A stretch of DNA of 33,984 nucleotides from Methanotrichaceae archaeon. GTDB lineage: Archaea > Halobacteriota > Methanosarcinia > Methanotrichales > Methanotrichaceae. The notes under the pieces are model-generated. The model ran no database searches, was not told the DNA's origin, and was given only the letters and a program-made list of their open reading frames with translations. Of the stretch, positions 8,909-18,665 are shown one piece after another. Every line of letters begins with the position of its first letter. Position 1 is the stretch's first letter. The DNA is taken from assembly GCA_963813075.1 (NCBI GenBank), contig CAWEXU010000022.1:1-33984 (forward strand). The letters run 5' to 3'. The translations under genes were made by a program, and so were the position numbers.

Positions 8909-9145
8909 TTATTTCTGAAGCATCCTCTTGATCTCTTCAACTGTTGCCGTTCTGCCCGCTATCATTGACTTTCCGTCGATGTAAAGGGCAGGGGTCATCA
9001 TCACACCCCGATCCATTATCTCCTGGATGCTGTCAACCTTGACCACCTCAGCAGAGACGCCCAATTCTGCTACTGCTTTCTCCACATTCTTCAGCAGGCT
9101 CTTGCACTTGGCGCAGCCTGTCCCCAGAACTTCAATCTTCACCAT
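8909..9145 (-). CDS. Small thioredoxin-like redox-active disulfide protein (TM0996/MTH895 type)
   Basis: IEVLGTGCAKC ... GVMMTPALYIDG. Confidence 0.92.
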   Translation of the reverse strand: MVKIEVLGTGCAKCKSLLKNVEKAVAELGVSAEVVKVDSIQEIMDRGVMMTPALYIDGKSMIAGRTATVEEIKRMLQK

Positions 9146-9167
9146 TTAATTCGCCTTCCTTTTTAGC

Positions 9168-10265
9168 TCAAATCAGCTCCCAGTAAATCAGCGGAGCAAG
9201 AACGATCAATGTAAGCCCTGTTATCACTCTTATGGCCACTTTGTGATTATTCCGGAAATCGTCCACCTGCTCCGGGCTCATGCCAAGGGTCATGATAACT
9301 CCCAAGAGCAGCACGGGAAGCACTATTCCCAGGTTGTATAACATCAGATATATCAGACCTGACGAGGCATATCCATGGCTGGAAATAACCCCTATGATGG
9401 CGATATAGACCGCTCCTACACAGGGGGCCTTCACTAAAGAGAACAGTGCACCTAATAGGAAATAGGAGCTAAGCTTTTTGCTGGCCAGAGCACCATGCAC
9501 ATACTTCATAGCCCAATCTGTGCGAAAGAGGGAAGCCCGGCTGGCATTCAACCTTCTCGCGTCTTCCATCTGAGTCAAGCCCAGGATCAGCAGTACGGCT
9601 GCCAGAACAAGTCGAAACATAGCAGCAGTGGACTTCTCCTGCAGAACATTGAACAGGCCTACTCCGAATATGTAGTAAACGACGAATATGCCCAGGGAGA
9701 AGAGTGCTATCATGGTCAATAGATCCCTTCTTCGGCCGGAGCTGGCCAGCACGGTGCTCGCCAGAAAGGCCAGTATGGCCAGAAGACAGGGGTTGAAGCC
9801 CGCCAGAAGGCCAGCCGCAAAGACAGTGACAGCGGAAGATAGGTTAAGATTTTGCAGTGCATCTTCAATATTCAGATTGCTATCTGTTTCATCCTCACTC
9901 TTAACGCTGATATTCTCTCCCTGCAAAGCAGCATTGATCAGTATCTTAAGTCTGCTTTCGTTTCCGCCATAGTCTTTGTAGCCGATAACCGAACTGCCGA
10001 TGATTATCGATGGAACATCCTTGACCTTATGCTCCTTTACGATCCTGTGTCCCTCTTCACTGGAAAATATAACCTCTTCAAAGGTGCTCTCCTGGTAATT
10101 AGACAGAACCTCTGTCAGCGCCCTTTCTGCAGCAGCGCACTTGCTGCAACCGGGAGAGGTGATTACAGTTATCTCGCTGTTAGCCCCTGCAGCAGCGGGC
10201 AATAAAACCATGAATAGGGCTACCGTCAGCAGAACTGCTGTGATTCTACATCGTCTGGCCTTCAT
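9168..10265 (-). CDS. Exported thioredoxin/glutaredoxin domain fused to CcdA/DsbD-type membrane domain
   Basis: Signal peptide, SPGCSKC, VP motif; hydrophobic domain with GFNPC and KAPC cysteines. Confidence 0.88.
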   Translation of the reverse strand: MKARRCRITAVLLTVALFMVLLPAAAGANSEITVITSPGCSKCAAAERALTEVLSNYQESTFEEVIFSSEEGHRIVKEHKVKDVPSIIIGSSVIGYKDYGGNESRLKILINAALQGENISVKSEDETDSNLNIEDALQNLNLSSAVTVFAAGLLAGFNPCLLAILAFLASTVLASSGRRRDLLTMIALFSLGIFVVYYIFGVGLFNVLQEKSTAAMFRLVLAAVLLILGLTQMEDARRLNASRASLFRTDWAMKYVHGALASKKLSSYFLLGALFSLVKAPCVGAVYIAIIGVISSHGYASSGLIYLMLYNLGIVLPVLLLGVIMTLGMSPEQVDDFRNNHKVAIRVITGLTLIVLAPLIYWELI

Positions 10266-10379
10266 CTCACTTTTCCCGCATCGCTTAATCTGAATAGGAT
10301 TATGCCGGAGGGAGGTATTCTTCTCCGGCTATTTTTCTCCGATTCTGCTGCTATTCTCATCGATCGGTTCTATAGATCA

Positions 10380-10943
10380 TCAGAATGCTTCATACTGCAA
10401 GACAGCCTTCTCCTCCTCTGATCCCTCTTGGGAGGCGAAGCTTATGGAGGCATCTTCATCAGCCACCAAAACCACTGAGAAAGGACAGCCCTCGCTGCAC
10501 TCTACTGCCGCCTTTTTCACAAAATCTGTAGCATCCCAGGTCTGCCAGCCTGTCTCCTGAATCTCTATGCTTCCCAGGGCCTGCGAATCATATTCAGGCT
10601 GATCCGCCCAGGTAACGGTGTTCATGGCTGCATTATCGTAAAGGTAGAGAGTCACCTTTCCTGGCCTTTCCACCCCTTTGACGTAGATCTTCAGGTTGGC
10701 GGAGCTTATCTGCTCGGGCAGCTTGGTCATGCCGGCAAAGGAGAGATAGGCTATCCTCACAGGCTCTCCCATGTGGGATGAGACCCATACAGCGCTCTCT
10801 TCTCCAAAGCTCTGATCCTCATTCTCGGCGTCGGTATAGGTATCGATATGCAATGCAGGAGTGACTTTCACCGCTCCAGCACAGCTCGCCAGAAGGAATA
10901 TACAGGCCAATGCAATTATGGCCCTAATGGCATAGTATCTCAT
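10380..10943 (-). CDS. Exported protein, DNRLRE/CBM96-like domain
   Basis: Signal peptide; DTY..., AYLSF, SANLKIYV, VTWADQP, WQTWDAT, FASQE pattern. Confidence 0.7.
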   Translation of the reverse strand: MRYYAIRAIIALACIFLLASCAGAVKVTPALHIDTYTDAENEDQSFGEESAVWVSSHMGEPVRIAYLSFAGMTKLPEQISSANLKIYVKGVERPGKVTLYLYDNAAMNTVTWADQPEYDSQALGSIEIQETGWQTWDATDFVKKAAVECSEGCPFSVVLVADEDASISFASQEGSEEEKAVLQYEAF

Positions 10944-10968
10944 TTCATCTCACTCCTTTTATTAATTA

Positions 10969-12060
10969 TTAAACCATGGCACCGTAGAGCATTCCCACCA
11001 ATGTGGATAAGATCACCACCAGGCTGATGTAGACGCTGGCCTTTTTCGCTCCAATGATCCTCCAGATAACTATCATACTGGGTAGGCTCAGGGATGGACC
11101 AGCAAGCAGAAGGGCCAGAGCAGGACCGGCAGCCATAACTCCCGTGCTATAGCCGAAGAGAGTTCCGACTACTGGCACCTCAAGCAATGTGGGCATATAG
11201 AGCAACGAGCCGATCACTGAGGCCAGAAAACAGGCCAGAAAGCTGCTGGTGCCGAAGATTGTCCTGACCCATTCAACCGGCAGGAAGTAGCCGATTACTC
11301 CGGTTACAAATGTGCCCACTACCAGGAGAGGAAAGATCTTCCTGGTCAGCCACCGGGTTTCTCCAAAGAACGCACTCTGCTCCTCTGGCTCGTAATACTT
11401 GTTCATGAGGAAGGCGGCCACTGCTATCAGCACTCCCACAATTATCGCCTTGGGCAGGAGCTCTATGGCACTTGAGGTGGCAACGAGCAGTATGGCCACC
11501 AGAACTGCCATAAATGTGCCTGTGATATAATTTGGCCGGCTCATCTGATCTGGCTCTGGATCGGCCTGAATCATAGAAGGAGCAACATCGGTTTTGCAGC
11601 TTGGGTCATGTTTTTGGAATATGGCCGCCATGATCAGACCTATGACCACGGCCATGATCACTGCGGCCACTGCCCTGGCTATGCCCAGGTCCAGGCCCAG
11701 GACCCTGGCTGTGAGGATGATGGCCATGAGGTTTATCGCCGGTCCGGAGAAGAGGAAGGCCGTTGCCGGCCCAATGCCTGCGCCTCTCTTTTCGATTCCT
11801 GCAAACATGGGCAGGATGGTGCAGCTGCACACTGCCAATATGGTCCCTGAGGTGGAAGCCACGCTGTAGCAGAGCCACTTGGGAGCATCAGCACCGAAGT
11901 ACTTGAGCACAGTATCCTTGTTCAAGAGAGCTGCTATTGCACCGGCTATGAAGAATGCTGGCACAAGGCAGGTCAAGACATGCGCCGAAAGGTATTCAAG
12001 CAGCGTTGCCAGCCCGGCCTCCAAGGCTGCCATGATGGTATAAGTTACCGTAAATATCAT
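10969..12060 (-). CDS. DUF318/ArsP-type permease, intact copy 1
   Basis: ATGA overlap with ArsR stop; AVCSCTILP, FLFSGPAIN, YMPTLLEVP, AGPSLSLP; many hydrophobic segments. Confidence 0.92.
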   Translation of the reverse strand: MIFTVTYTIMAALEAGLATLLEYLSAHVLTCLVPAFFIAGAIAALLNKDTVLKYFGADAPKWLCYSVASTSGTILAVCSCTILPMFAGIEKRGAGIGPATAFLFSGPAINLMAIILTARVLGLDLGIARAVAAVIMAVVIGLIMAAIFQKHDPSCKTDVAPSMIQADPEPDQMSRPNYITGTFMAVLVAILLVATSSAIELLPKAIIVGVLIAVAAFLMNKYYEPEEQSAFFGETRWLTRKIFPLLVVGTFVTGVIGYFLPVEWVRTIFGTSSFLACFLASVIGSLLYMPTLLEVPVVGTLFGYSTGVMAAGPALALLLAGPSLSLPSMIVIWRIIGAKKASVYISLVVILSTLVGMLYGAMV

Positions 12061-12401
12061 CTCCCGATGCCCAATGATTCCTCGAGAATCCTTCCTGCTT
12101 CTGCGAGCTGCGATATCTGCTTTAAGGCCATCCGGTCTACAAGGCGAACCAATTCGAAAACCTGAGGGTCTTTTATGCTGTAGAGCGTCTTTTTCCCGTC
12201 TATTCTGCGATCCAGAATGTCGGCCTCGAAGAGGATGTTCAGATGTTTGGATATGGTGGACTGAGATCTGGAGAAGGCGGGAAGGATCTCGCAAACGCAT
12301 CGCTCGCCCCCGCTCAGGAATTCGAGCAGCTCCAGACGGATGGGATCGGACAGAGCGCTCAGAATCTTTAAGCGCAGTTCAGAGACATTCTTTTGAGCCA
12401 T
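12057..12401 (-). CDS. arsR: ArsR/SmtB family regulator
   Basis: ALSDPIRLELL, ERCVCEI metal-site motif, SQSTISKHL. Confidence 0.92.
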   Translation of the reverse strand: MAQKNVSELRLKILSALSDPIRLELLEFLSGGERCVCEILPAFSRSQSTISKHLNILFEADILDRRIDGKKTLYSIKDPQVFELVRLVDRMALKQISQLAEAGRILEESLGIGR

Positions 12402-12428
12402 GATTAAAGCGCGATTAATGCATATTCA

Positions 12429-12457
12429 GATATAAACTTATCGCCATAAGACGATAA
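12429..12457 (-). promoter_or_regulatory. TATA box plus putative ArsR operator
   Basis: TTTATATC on minus strand (12429-12436), about 28 nt above the arsR ATG; adjacent perfect inverted repeat TTATCG-N8-CGATAA (12438-12457). Confidence 0.65.
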
Positions 12458-12551
12458 TAGAAATGCACATCTAATCGAACCACATTTAGAGCATCACGTT
12501 TGTTTTGAGAGCATCGCCTTAATACTCCGTAATAGCGGATATCTTTCCCGG

Positions 12552-12682
12552 ATGGCGATGAACAGGGACGACTGGTGCAGATCCAAAAGGAGCTTTCTCT
12601 GCTCTGCGAGCTGCACGAGGCAGTTATCTAAAGGCAGAATGCTGGCATTTCAACTCCCGCATAGAGCTTTTGTTCTGCAGCC
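12552..12682 (+). pseudogene. Truncated, frameshifted copy of the hypothetical gene at 23265
   Basis: 12512-12682 aligns by eye with about 23225-23400; gactggtgcag versus gactggttgcag (1-nt loss). Confidence 0.8.
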
Positions 12683-12699
12683 AATTTTGAGCGCGAGCG

Positions 12700-13030
12700 G
12701 GCGCCATCCCCATCCAGAGGCTCGCCTGTTTTGCATGCCACAACCATGATCTCCATCTCATCCAGGTCGACGGGCCTTCTCCCCCAGTTTCCTGCAGTTC
12801 CGCCCCATATGTTTATCACAGACATTCCCGCCAGGCGGAAGAGCAGGACGAGCTCTGTTGGCACAAATGCCTTCTCTCGAACTGCAACTGCAGGCACCCC
12901 CTCTCAGGGCGGGCATTCCGAAGACTCAACAAGTGTCAGAGGATCGAAGAACTCTTCCCATACGCTTTTCTCTGTCATCAACAACATCCCTACCGGACAG
13001 CACATAGCTTTTCCGCCCTGCCGGAGCATG
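12700..13030 (-). pseudogene. 3' remnant of a probable class I SAM-dependent methyltransferase
   Basis: FFDPLTLVESSECPP*EGVPAVAVREKAFVPTELVLLFRLAGM..WGGTAGNWGRRPVDLDEMEIMVVACK; TGA at 12904-12906; no SAM-binding N-terminus; boundaries approximate. Confidence 0.55.
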
Positions 13031-13082
13031 AGCCCCAGGGACCAATAACTTGAAAAGGAAAATAGTATGAAAGAACTCACCT

Positions 13083-13652
13083 ATGCTGGAAAGGCTCAAA
13101 AAATCATTGCTGGAAGCCCCCGTATTCAAACGGGGAGAGTATGACTACTTCATCCATCCCATCACAGACGGAGTTCCCGAGATCAAGCCGGATCTGATCA
13201 GGGAGGTCACCGCCAATATCGTGCGGATCGCCAATCTGGATGTGGACAAGATAGTGACTGTTGAGGCCATGGGAATTCCCATAGGCATAGTGCTTTCCAT
13301 CCTCTGCGATATTCCCCTGGTGATAATAAGGAAGAGAAAGTACGGGCTCCCGAATGAGGTCGAGATCAGCCAGGTCACCGGCTACTCCCGCTCGCAGCTC
13401 TATCTGAACGGAATAAACAGGGGAGACAGGGTGATCGTGGTGGATGATGTGATCAGCACCGGCGGCACCCTTCAGGCCACGCTGGACTCTCTAAAGCTGG
13501 CCGGGGCTGAGGTTATGGATACAGTGATCGTGGTGGAGAGAGGAAACGGAGCAGAGCTGCTGAGGTCCAAAGGCTACAACCTGAAGACCATGGTCAGAGT
13601 CAAGGTAGAAGGCGGCCGGGTGTCCGAGGTAGAACCGGGAATCTCAAAATAA
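13083..13652 (+). CDS. hpt: Archaeal hypoxanthine/guanine (purine) phosphoribosyltransferase
   Basis: YFIHPITDG, EAMGIP, PRPP motif VIVVDDVISTGGT. Confidence 0.9.
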   Translation: MLERLKKSLLEAPVFKRGEYDYFIHPITDGVPEIKPDLIREVTANIVRIANLDVDKIVTVEAMGIPIGIVLSILCDIPLVIIRKRKYGLPNEVEISQVTGYSRSQLYLNGINRGDRVIVVDDVISTGGTLQATLDSLKLAGAEVMDTVIVVERGNGAELLRSKGYNLKTMVRVKVEGGRVSEVEPGISK

Positions 13653-13678
13653 ATAAGATATCCTCCCACTCTTATCAA

Positions 13679-14749
13679 TCACGAAACGATGGCACCGTAG
13701 AGCATCCCCACCAACGTGGAAAGGATCACCACCAGGCTGATGTAGACGCTAGCCTTTTTCGCTCCAACGATCCTCCAGATAACAATCATATTGGGAAGGC
13801 TCAGGGATGGACCAGCAAGCAGAAGGGCCAGAGCAGGGCCGGCAGCCGTAACTCCCGTGCTATAGCCGAAGAGAGTTCCGACTACTGGCACCTCAAGCAA
13901 TGTAGGCATATAGAGCAACGAGCCGATCACTGAGGCCAGAAAACAGGCCATAAAGCTGCTGGTGCCAAAGATTGTCCTGACCCATTCGACCGGCAGGAAG
14001 TAGCCGATCACCCCGGTTACAAATGTGCCCACTACCAGCAGAGGAAAGATCTTCTTGGTCAGCCACCAGGTCTCTTCCAGGAAGGCGCTCTTTTCCTCTG
14101 GCTGGTAGTATCTATTCATCAGGAAGGCAGCCACTGCTATCAGCGCTCCCACGATTATCGCCTTGAGCAGGAGCTCTATGGCGCTTGAGGTGGCAACGAG
14201 CAGTATGGCCACCAGCACGGCCATGAATATGCCTGTGATATAATTGGGCCGGCTCATTTGATCCGGGTCTGGATCGGCCTGAATCATAGAAGGAGCAACA
14301 TCGGTTTTGCAGCTTGGGTCATGTCTTTGGAATATAGCTGCCATGATCAGACCTATGACCACGGCCATGATCACTGCGGCCACTGCCCGGGCTATGCCCA
14401 GGTCCAGGCCCAGGACTCTGGCTGTGAGGATGATGGCCATGAGGTTTATTGCTGGTCCGGAGAAGAGGAAGGCCGTTGCCGGACCAATGCCTGCGCCTCT
14501 CTTTTCGATTCCTGCAAACATGGGCAGGATGGTGCAGCTGCAAACGGGCAGTATTGTTCCTGAGGTGGAGGCGACGCTGTAGCAGAGTCACTTGGGAGCA
14601 TCTGCGCCGAAGTATTTTAGAACAGTCTCCTTGTTCAAGAGAGCAGCTATCGCACCGGCGATGAAAAATGCTTGCACAAGGCAGGTCAAGACATGCGCCG
14701 AAAGGTATTCCAAGGCTGCCATGATAGTGTGAGTTATCGTGAATATCAT
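13679..14749 (-). pseudogene. DUF318/ArsP-type permease copy 2, nonsense mutation
   Basis: Highly similar to copy 1; Trp TGG changed to TGA at 14588-14590; 8-aa deletion (AGLATLLE); arsR absent upstream. Confidence 0.9.
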
Positions 14750-14777
14750 CTCCCTTAAGGATATTCCCATATGTACA

Positions 14778-14795
14778 TATCGCAATAAAACGATG
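14778..14795 (-). promoter_or_regulatory. Degenerate copy of the ArsR operator
   Basis: TATCG-N8-CGATG in a context homologous to 12421-12460; TATA decayed (tataaac to tatgtac). Confidence 0.55.
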
Positions 14796-14821
14796 TTAAG
14801 CTAATGGCTATCTATCGATCA

Positions 14822-15580
14822 CTATTGGATCATCCAGAAGAATATCTCTGATTTTTCCCCTCTCTGTACCACTCGATAGCCATCGTAGCCCCTCTGGATA
14901 AGCTCCCTCTGGCGTTCGATGTCCAGGCAACTGAGTGCGGCTTCATCCAAGGTAGCGGCCATGCCCGCGCCGGTCATCGGCCAGTTTTTATTCTTGTAAA
15001 GGATGTATCTCCACCAGCCGGCGAACTTGGGAATGAGGGCCCTGACCCTGAATCCGCAGGAGAGGAGGTTATTCAGGCTAACTGGATTTTTCGGGGATAC
15101 GGTGCAGCAGATGTGCTCATACCCTGAGCGTTCCAGCACCTGCAAGTGGGCTGCGGCCAATTCCCGTTGCAGACCGAAGCCCCGGAAATGAGGGTGGACA
15201 GCTATGGCCTGGAGGTGGGCGAGTTTTTTCAGATCCTCTTCAGCCAGGTTCAAATCCCGGCCCAGATTATCCTTTCCCATCCCTGGATAGCGAATTATGC
15301 TATAGGCAGCAAGCTTTTCCTCTGCCAGGACTCCCAGCACGGAGAGTTCCGTCTGGAATATCCGGCTGAGGTACTCCTCATCGTGAGGCATGAAGATTTC
15401 AATCTCGTGCAGGGTGCTGACTACTAAAGACTGCAGGGCGGCTAGGTCTGAGAGGGAACTCTCGGCAAGAAACCTCATCTCCAGGCACTTGCCCCGTCTT
15501 ACGAAGCTGCGAGGATAAGAATCTGCCATATCTATTTGGCCGGTCAAATGCTCTTGTCTCGAATGCTCTTTTTCTTCCAT
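14822..15580 (-). CDS. GNAT family N-acetyltransferase
   Basis: IAVHPHFRGFGLQ acetyl-CoA motif, TVSPKNPVSLNNLLSCGF; start uncertain (15643/15580/15529). Confidence 0.85.
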   Translation of the reverse strand: MEEKEHSRQEHLTGQIDMADSYPRSFVRRGKCLEMRFLAESSLSDLAALQSLVVSTLHEIEIFMPHDEEYLSRIFQTELSVLGVLAEEKLAAYSIIRYPGMGKDNLGRDLNLAEEDLKKLAHLQAIAVHPHFRGFGLQRELAAAHLQVLERSGYEHICCTVSPKNPVSLNNLLSCGFRVRALIPKFAGWWRYILYKNKNWPMTGAGMAATLDEAALSCLDIERQRELIQRGYDGYRVVQRGEKSEIFFWMIQ

Positions 15581-15670
15581 CTTCAGTTCTCTACCATATT
15601 CCCTTCTCTGGAAATGGACATGATCAAATTCCATAATATTCATTAAGCTCTTTAAAGCTTGCCCGAAATC

Positions 15671-15838
15671 TATTCAGTCCTGTCCGGAGTTGAGCCCGCC
15701 CGGAGAAGCTTCCTGGATCCGGCGGAGACAAGAAGTTAGGAGGAAGAGGAGATGCAGGTCTTCAGAAGAGTGAGTGATGAGATAAAAGAGTGGATCTCTG
15801 TATCCAGCATAAAGGTGAGGGCCATCAAGCCGAGATGA
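15671..15838 (+). pseudogene. Arsenate reductase ArsC (LMW-PTP type) C-terminal remnant
   Basis: SFLDPAETRS*EEEEMQVFRRVSDEIKEWI resembles the F.DP...FRRVRDEI tail; TAG at 15737-15739; no CX5R N-terminus. Confidence 0.65.
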
Positions 15839-16123
15839 TGGTGGGATCAGGCGCGGTATCCGGAGGTAGGGGCAGGATTTCTTTTTATCAACATTATCTA
15901 TTTTGATTAATATATATATATTAAATTATTTCATCTCTTATCTCGAAACCTCCATCATCTATCTGCAAAAAGATAACAATTGTGAGATATGCTGCTCAAT
16001 ATTATCTAATTCAGGGATTATTACCAATCATTCTCTCAATCCCAAAAGATATTTAACTAATTACCATGTAAAATCTAGTGGATTAACGAAATGTCTCGCC
16101 GTTCAGCGACGAATTCCCGGCAG

Positions 16124-16213
16124 CAGGACTCTTACCTTTTCATGCCCCAGGTACATGAGGAGTCAGTAGCTGAAGATAGCAGGGGAAAGGGCGACGCCAC
16201 AGGACAGGAACTC
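16124..16213 (-). pseudogene. 90-bp fragment of the exported rhodanese gene
   Basis: EFLSCGVALSPAIFSY*LLMYLGHEKVRVL versus ECLPCGGGPSPAVFSYWILKYLGQEKVRVL (6855-6944); 20/30 aa identical, ungapped. Confidence 0.85.
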
Positions 16214-16240
16214 TGTCTGGTGGAGAAGGGGAAGCTTTGA
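16212..16240 (+). repeat. Second copy of the CDF gene 3' end
   Basis: 26/29 nt match to 5857-5885; all three differences synonymous in CLVEKGKL*. Confidence 0.85.
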
Positions 16241-16243
16241 TCG

Positions 16244-17128
16244 TCACATGGAAGCTAGCGCCTCATATCCTGTCAAGATGTCAAGTAGTTCTGAAGAGAT
16301 GGCATCTTGACGTTGCTTTCGGTAGTTGGCCAAAAGCTCGCTCAAATGCTCCTCTATGTTTCTCTCTGCGGCCTGCATAGACGAAAGCCTGCTGGAATTC
16401 TCGCTGACAAGCGATTCTGCGAATGCACGGTAAAGAGAGAAAAATAGATTCTCTCGGATTAAGGATGAGAACAGTAGATCTGTGTCAATGTAATAGGTGG
16501 GCAAAGATCGTGAATGCCATTCTCTTTCGGCCAGGCTGGCAAGCCATTCGGCATTAACAGGAAAAAGATCGACCATTTGAGGGCTAAATGCTCCCGCGAT
16601 GCCGGCAATGGGCCGGTTGTAAAAGAGAACAATCTTGTTGACATTGCTTTCCAGGCGCCACTGATCAATCTTCGTCAGCACCTTTCCCATAATCTCAGTT
16701 ATGCCCAGAAAATCCCCCGAAAAAGAAAATTGAGCCTCGACCGGTTGGCCTGCATCTTCGAGACGGGCGAAGGCGCGCCCACCGACTGCCAGAGCCCTTC
16801 GCTCTTCATGCTCCATCTCAGCTATCCGGTCTACAGCATAGCGGGCAATGATCTCGTTGAACTTGCCGCATAGCCCCTGCTCCGAGCCGAAGACGACGGC
16901 GCCTAAACTTCTTTTTTTATCCTCTGGTTTAGATGTTAAGAATTTCTTATTATTTTGCAATATAATTTGCAGGCCGAGCTCGATGGTTTTATTATATTCA
17001 CTAATAGAGAGCACCGACTCTTCATATTCCAGAATATTTGCTGAAGAAATTGCCTTCATTATTTTGACTACTGATTGCAGGTCAGTGGCATTTCTAATCC
17101 TTATTTTCGCTTTTTCGAGCTCTGCCAT
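16244..17128 (-). CDS. atpG: N-type F1Fo ATPase gamma subunit
   Basis: SVVKIMKAIS, FGSEQGLCGKFN, SENSSRLSSMQAAERNI, RQDAISSELLDI. Confidence 0.95.
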   Translation of the reverse strand: MAELEKAKIRIRNATDLQSVVKIMKAISSANILEYEESVLSISEYNKTIELGLQIILQNNKKFLTSKPEDKKRSLGAVVFGSEQGLCGKFNEIIARYAVDRIAEMEHEERRALAVGGRAFARLEDAGQPVEAQFSFSGDFLGITEIMGKVLTKIDQWRLESNVNKIVLFYNRPIAGIAGAFSPQMVDLFPVNAEWLASLAEREWHSRSLPTYYIDTDLLFSSLIRENLFFSLYRAFAESLVSENSSRLSSMQAAERNIEEHLSELLANYRKQRQDAISSELLDILTGYEALASM

Positions 17129-17136
17129 ATTGCCAC

Positions 17137-18648
17137 CTATATCTGAAGAATTTCTGTAAATGTTTTTAAGATCAATTCGCGGTCCTCATGGCTTAACTTT
17201 TGGCCCGATGCCATCAATTCATTCAAGCGAGGCAGTTTTTCGCGAAACGCTCTTGCCATCTTTATCTTCGCCGATGCGATCTCCTCCAAATGATGCTCGT
17301 CCAGGATTCCTTCTGTTGCCGCCAGGATAATTGCTATCTGCTCCGGTGCGGGCATGGGATCAAATTGAGACTGTTTCAAGACCTCGCGTATTCGTCGGCC
17401 TCGCTGCAAAATCTTTTGGGTTTCCTCATCAAGCCGGGTACCAAACCTGGTGTAGACCTCCAGACCCTCGAATTGCGAATATGCGAGGCGCAAAGGACCG
17501 GCGACCTCGGCAAAGGCAGGTAGCTGGCTCTTCCCACCAACGCGGGATACCGATAGGCCTACATCAACCGCCGGCAAGATCCCTTTTCTAAAAAGCTCCG
17601 GGGAGAGGTAAATCTGGCCATCGGTGATGGAGATAAGATTGGTTGGGATATAGGCGGAAATGTCCTGGGCCTGGGTCTCAATGATGGGCAGTGCCGTGAG
17701 AGATCCACCGTTGCGATAATGGGTAGCCCTCTCCAAGAGCCGGGAATGTATGTAAAATATGTCGCCTGGAAAGGCCTCCCTTCCTGGAGGACGGCGGAGC
17801 AGCAATGATAGCTCTCGATAGGCCCGAGCATGCCGGGTCAAATCATCATAAACGATTAAGACATCATGTCCCTTCTCAGCAAAGAATTCTGCCATGGTGG
17901 TAGCGGCATATGGGGCGATGAAATTCATGGCAGGCGGGTCTTCACCTGTAGCTGCGACTATGATGCAATTTTCCATGGCATCATTTTTGCGTAGCTCGGC
18001 TTCGACAAGGGCAACCTCCGATTTTTCCTGCCCGATGGAGCAATAAATACAGATTACATCTTTATCTCGCTGATTGATTATGGTATCAATGGCCATGGAG
18101 GTTTTGCCGGTTTGCCGGTCACCTAAGATGAGCTCGCGCTGGCCACGGCCAATGGGAATCATGCTATCCACCACCATTGTCCCCGTCTGAAGTGGAACAT
18201 TAACTGCCGCCCGCTCCATTATCGAGGGAGCCTCCCTCTCAATGGGCATTAGTTGCATGGTCTGGATGCTTCCACCTTCGTCCAGCGGCCTGCCCATGCA
18301 GTCCACGACTCTGCCCAAGAGTTCCTCGCCCACAGGCACTTCCATAATACTTCCAGTTCTGCGTGCGATCTGTTTGGCTTTAATGTTTTCACTTTTACTA
18401 AGCATGATGACGGCAACTTCCTCCGGATCGAGGTTGAAGACCATACCGTAATTGTCTCCAGGAAAGCGTATGAGCTCCTCGGATCCTGCATTAGGCAGTC
18501 CTTTGATGCGAACGACGCCTTTGCCCACAAAGGTCACCATGCCGATCTCTTCAATCTTTAGCTCGGGCCTATAGACCCTAATATTTTGCTCAATTGCCGC
18601 AAAAGTATCGGCCAGAACCTCCCGGATTCCCGAAGCATCTTTTTTCAT
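17137..18648 (-). CDS. atpA: N-type F1Fo ATPase alpha subunit
   Basis: [37 protein letters not shown]; start 18648 or 18669. Confidence 0.97.
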   Translation of the reverse strand: MKKDASGIREVLADTFAAIEQNIRVYRPELKIEEIGMVTFVGKGVVRIKGLPNAGSEELIRFPGDNYGMVFNLDPEEVAVIMLSKSENIKAKQIARRTGSIMEVPVGEELLGRVVDCMGRPLDEGGSIQTMQLMPIEREAPSIMERAAVNVPLQTGTMVVDSMIPIGRGQRELILGDRQTGKTSMAIDTIINQRDKDVICIYCSIGQEKSEVALVEAELRKNDAMENCIIVAATGEDPPAMNFIAPYAATTMAEFFAEKGHDVLIVYDDLTRHARAYRELSLLLRRPPGREAFPGDIFYIHSRLLERATHYRNGGSLTALPIIETQAQDISAYIPTNLISITDGQIYLSPELFRKGILPAVDVGLSVSRVGGKSQLPAFAEVAGPLRLAYSQFEGLEVYTRFGTRLDEETQKILQRGRRIREVLKQSQFDPMPAPEQIAIILAATEGILDEHHLEEIASAKIKMARAFREKLPRLNELMASGQKLSHEDRELILKTFTEILQI

Positions 18649-18665
18649 ATTACCCCAAAATGGTT

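Noticed and set aside
10304..10336. GC hairpin with a T-run inside the arsR operon
   Set aside because: The T-run is on the strand opposite to transcription, so it cannot be called a terminator; at most an RNA stability element
12061..12300. N-terminal extension of the 443-aa permease ORF
   Set aside because: Overlaps arsR in another frame; the ATGA overlap and copies 2 and 3 place the start near 12060
12904..16165. Several in-frame TGA codons (12904, 14588, 16163), two at Trp positions, suggesting recoding or selenocysteine
   Set aside because: Intact genes here use TGA as stop and TGG for Trp; the two alignable sites are Trp rather than Cys; each affected gene has other lesions
15903..16169. 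88-aa plus-strand ORF in an AT-rich tract
   Set aside because: No motif or RBS; its 3' end is antisense to the rhodanese remnant
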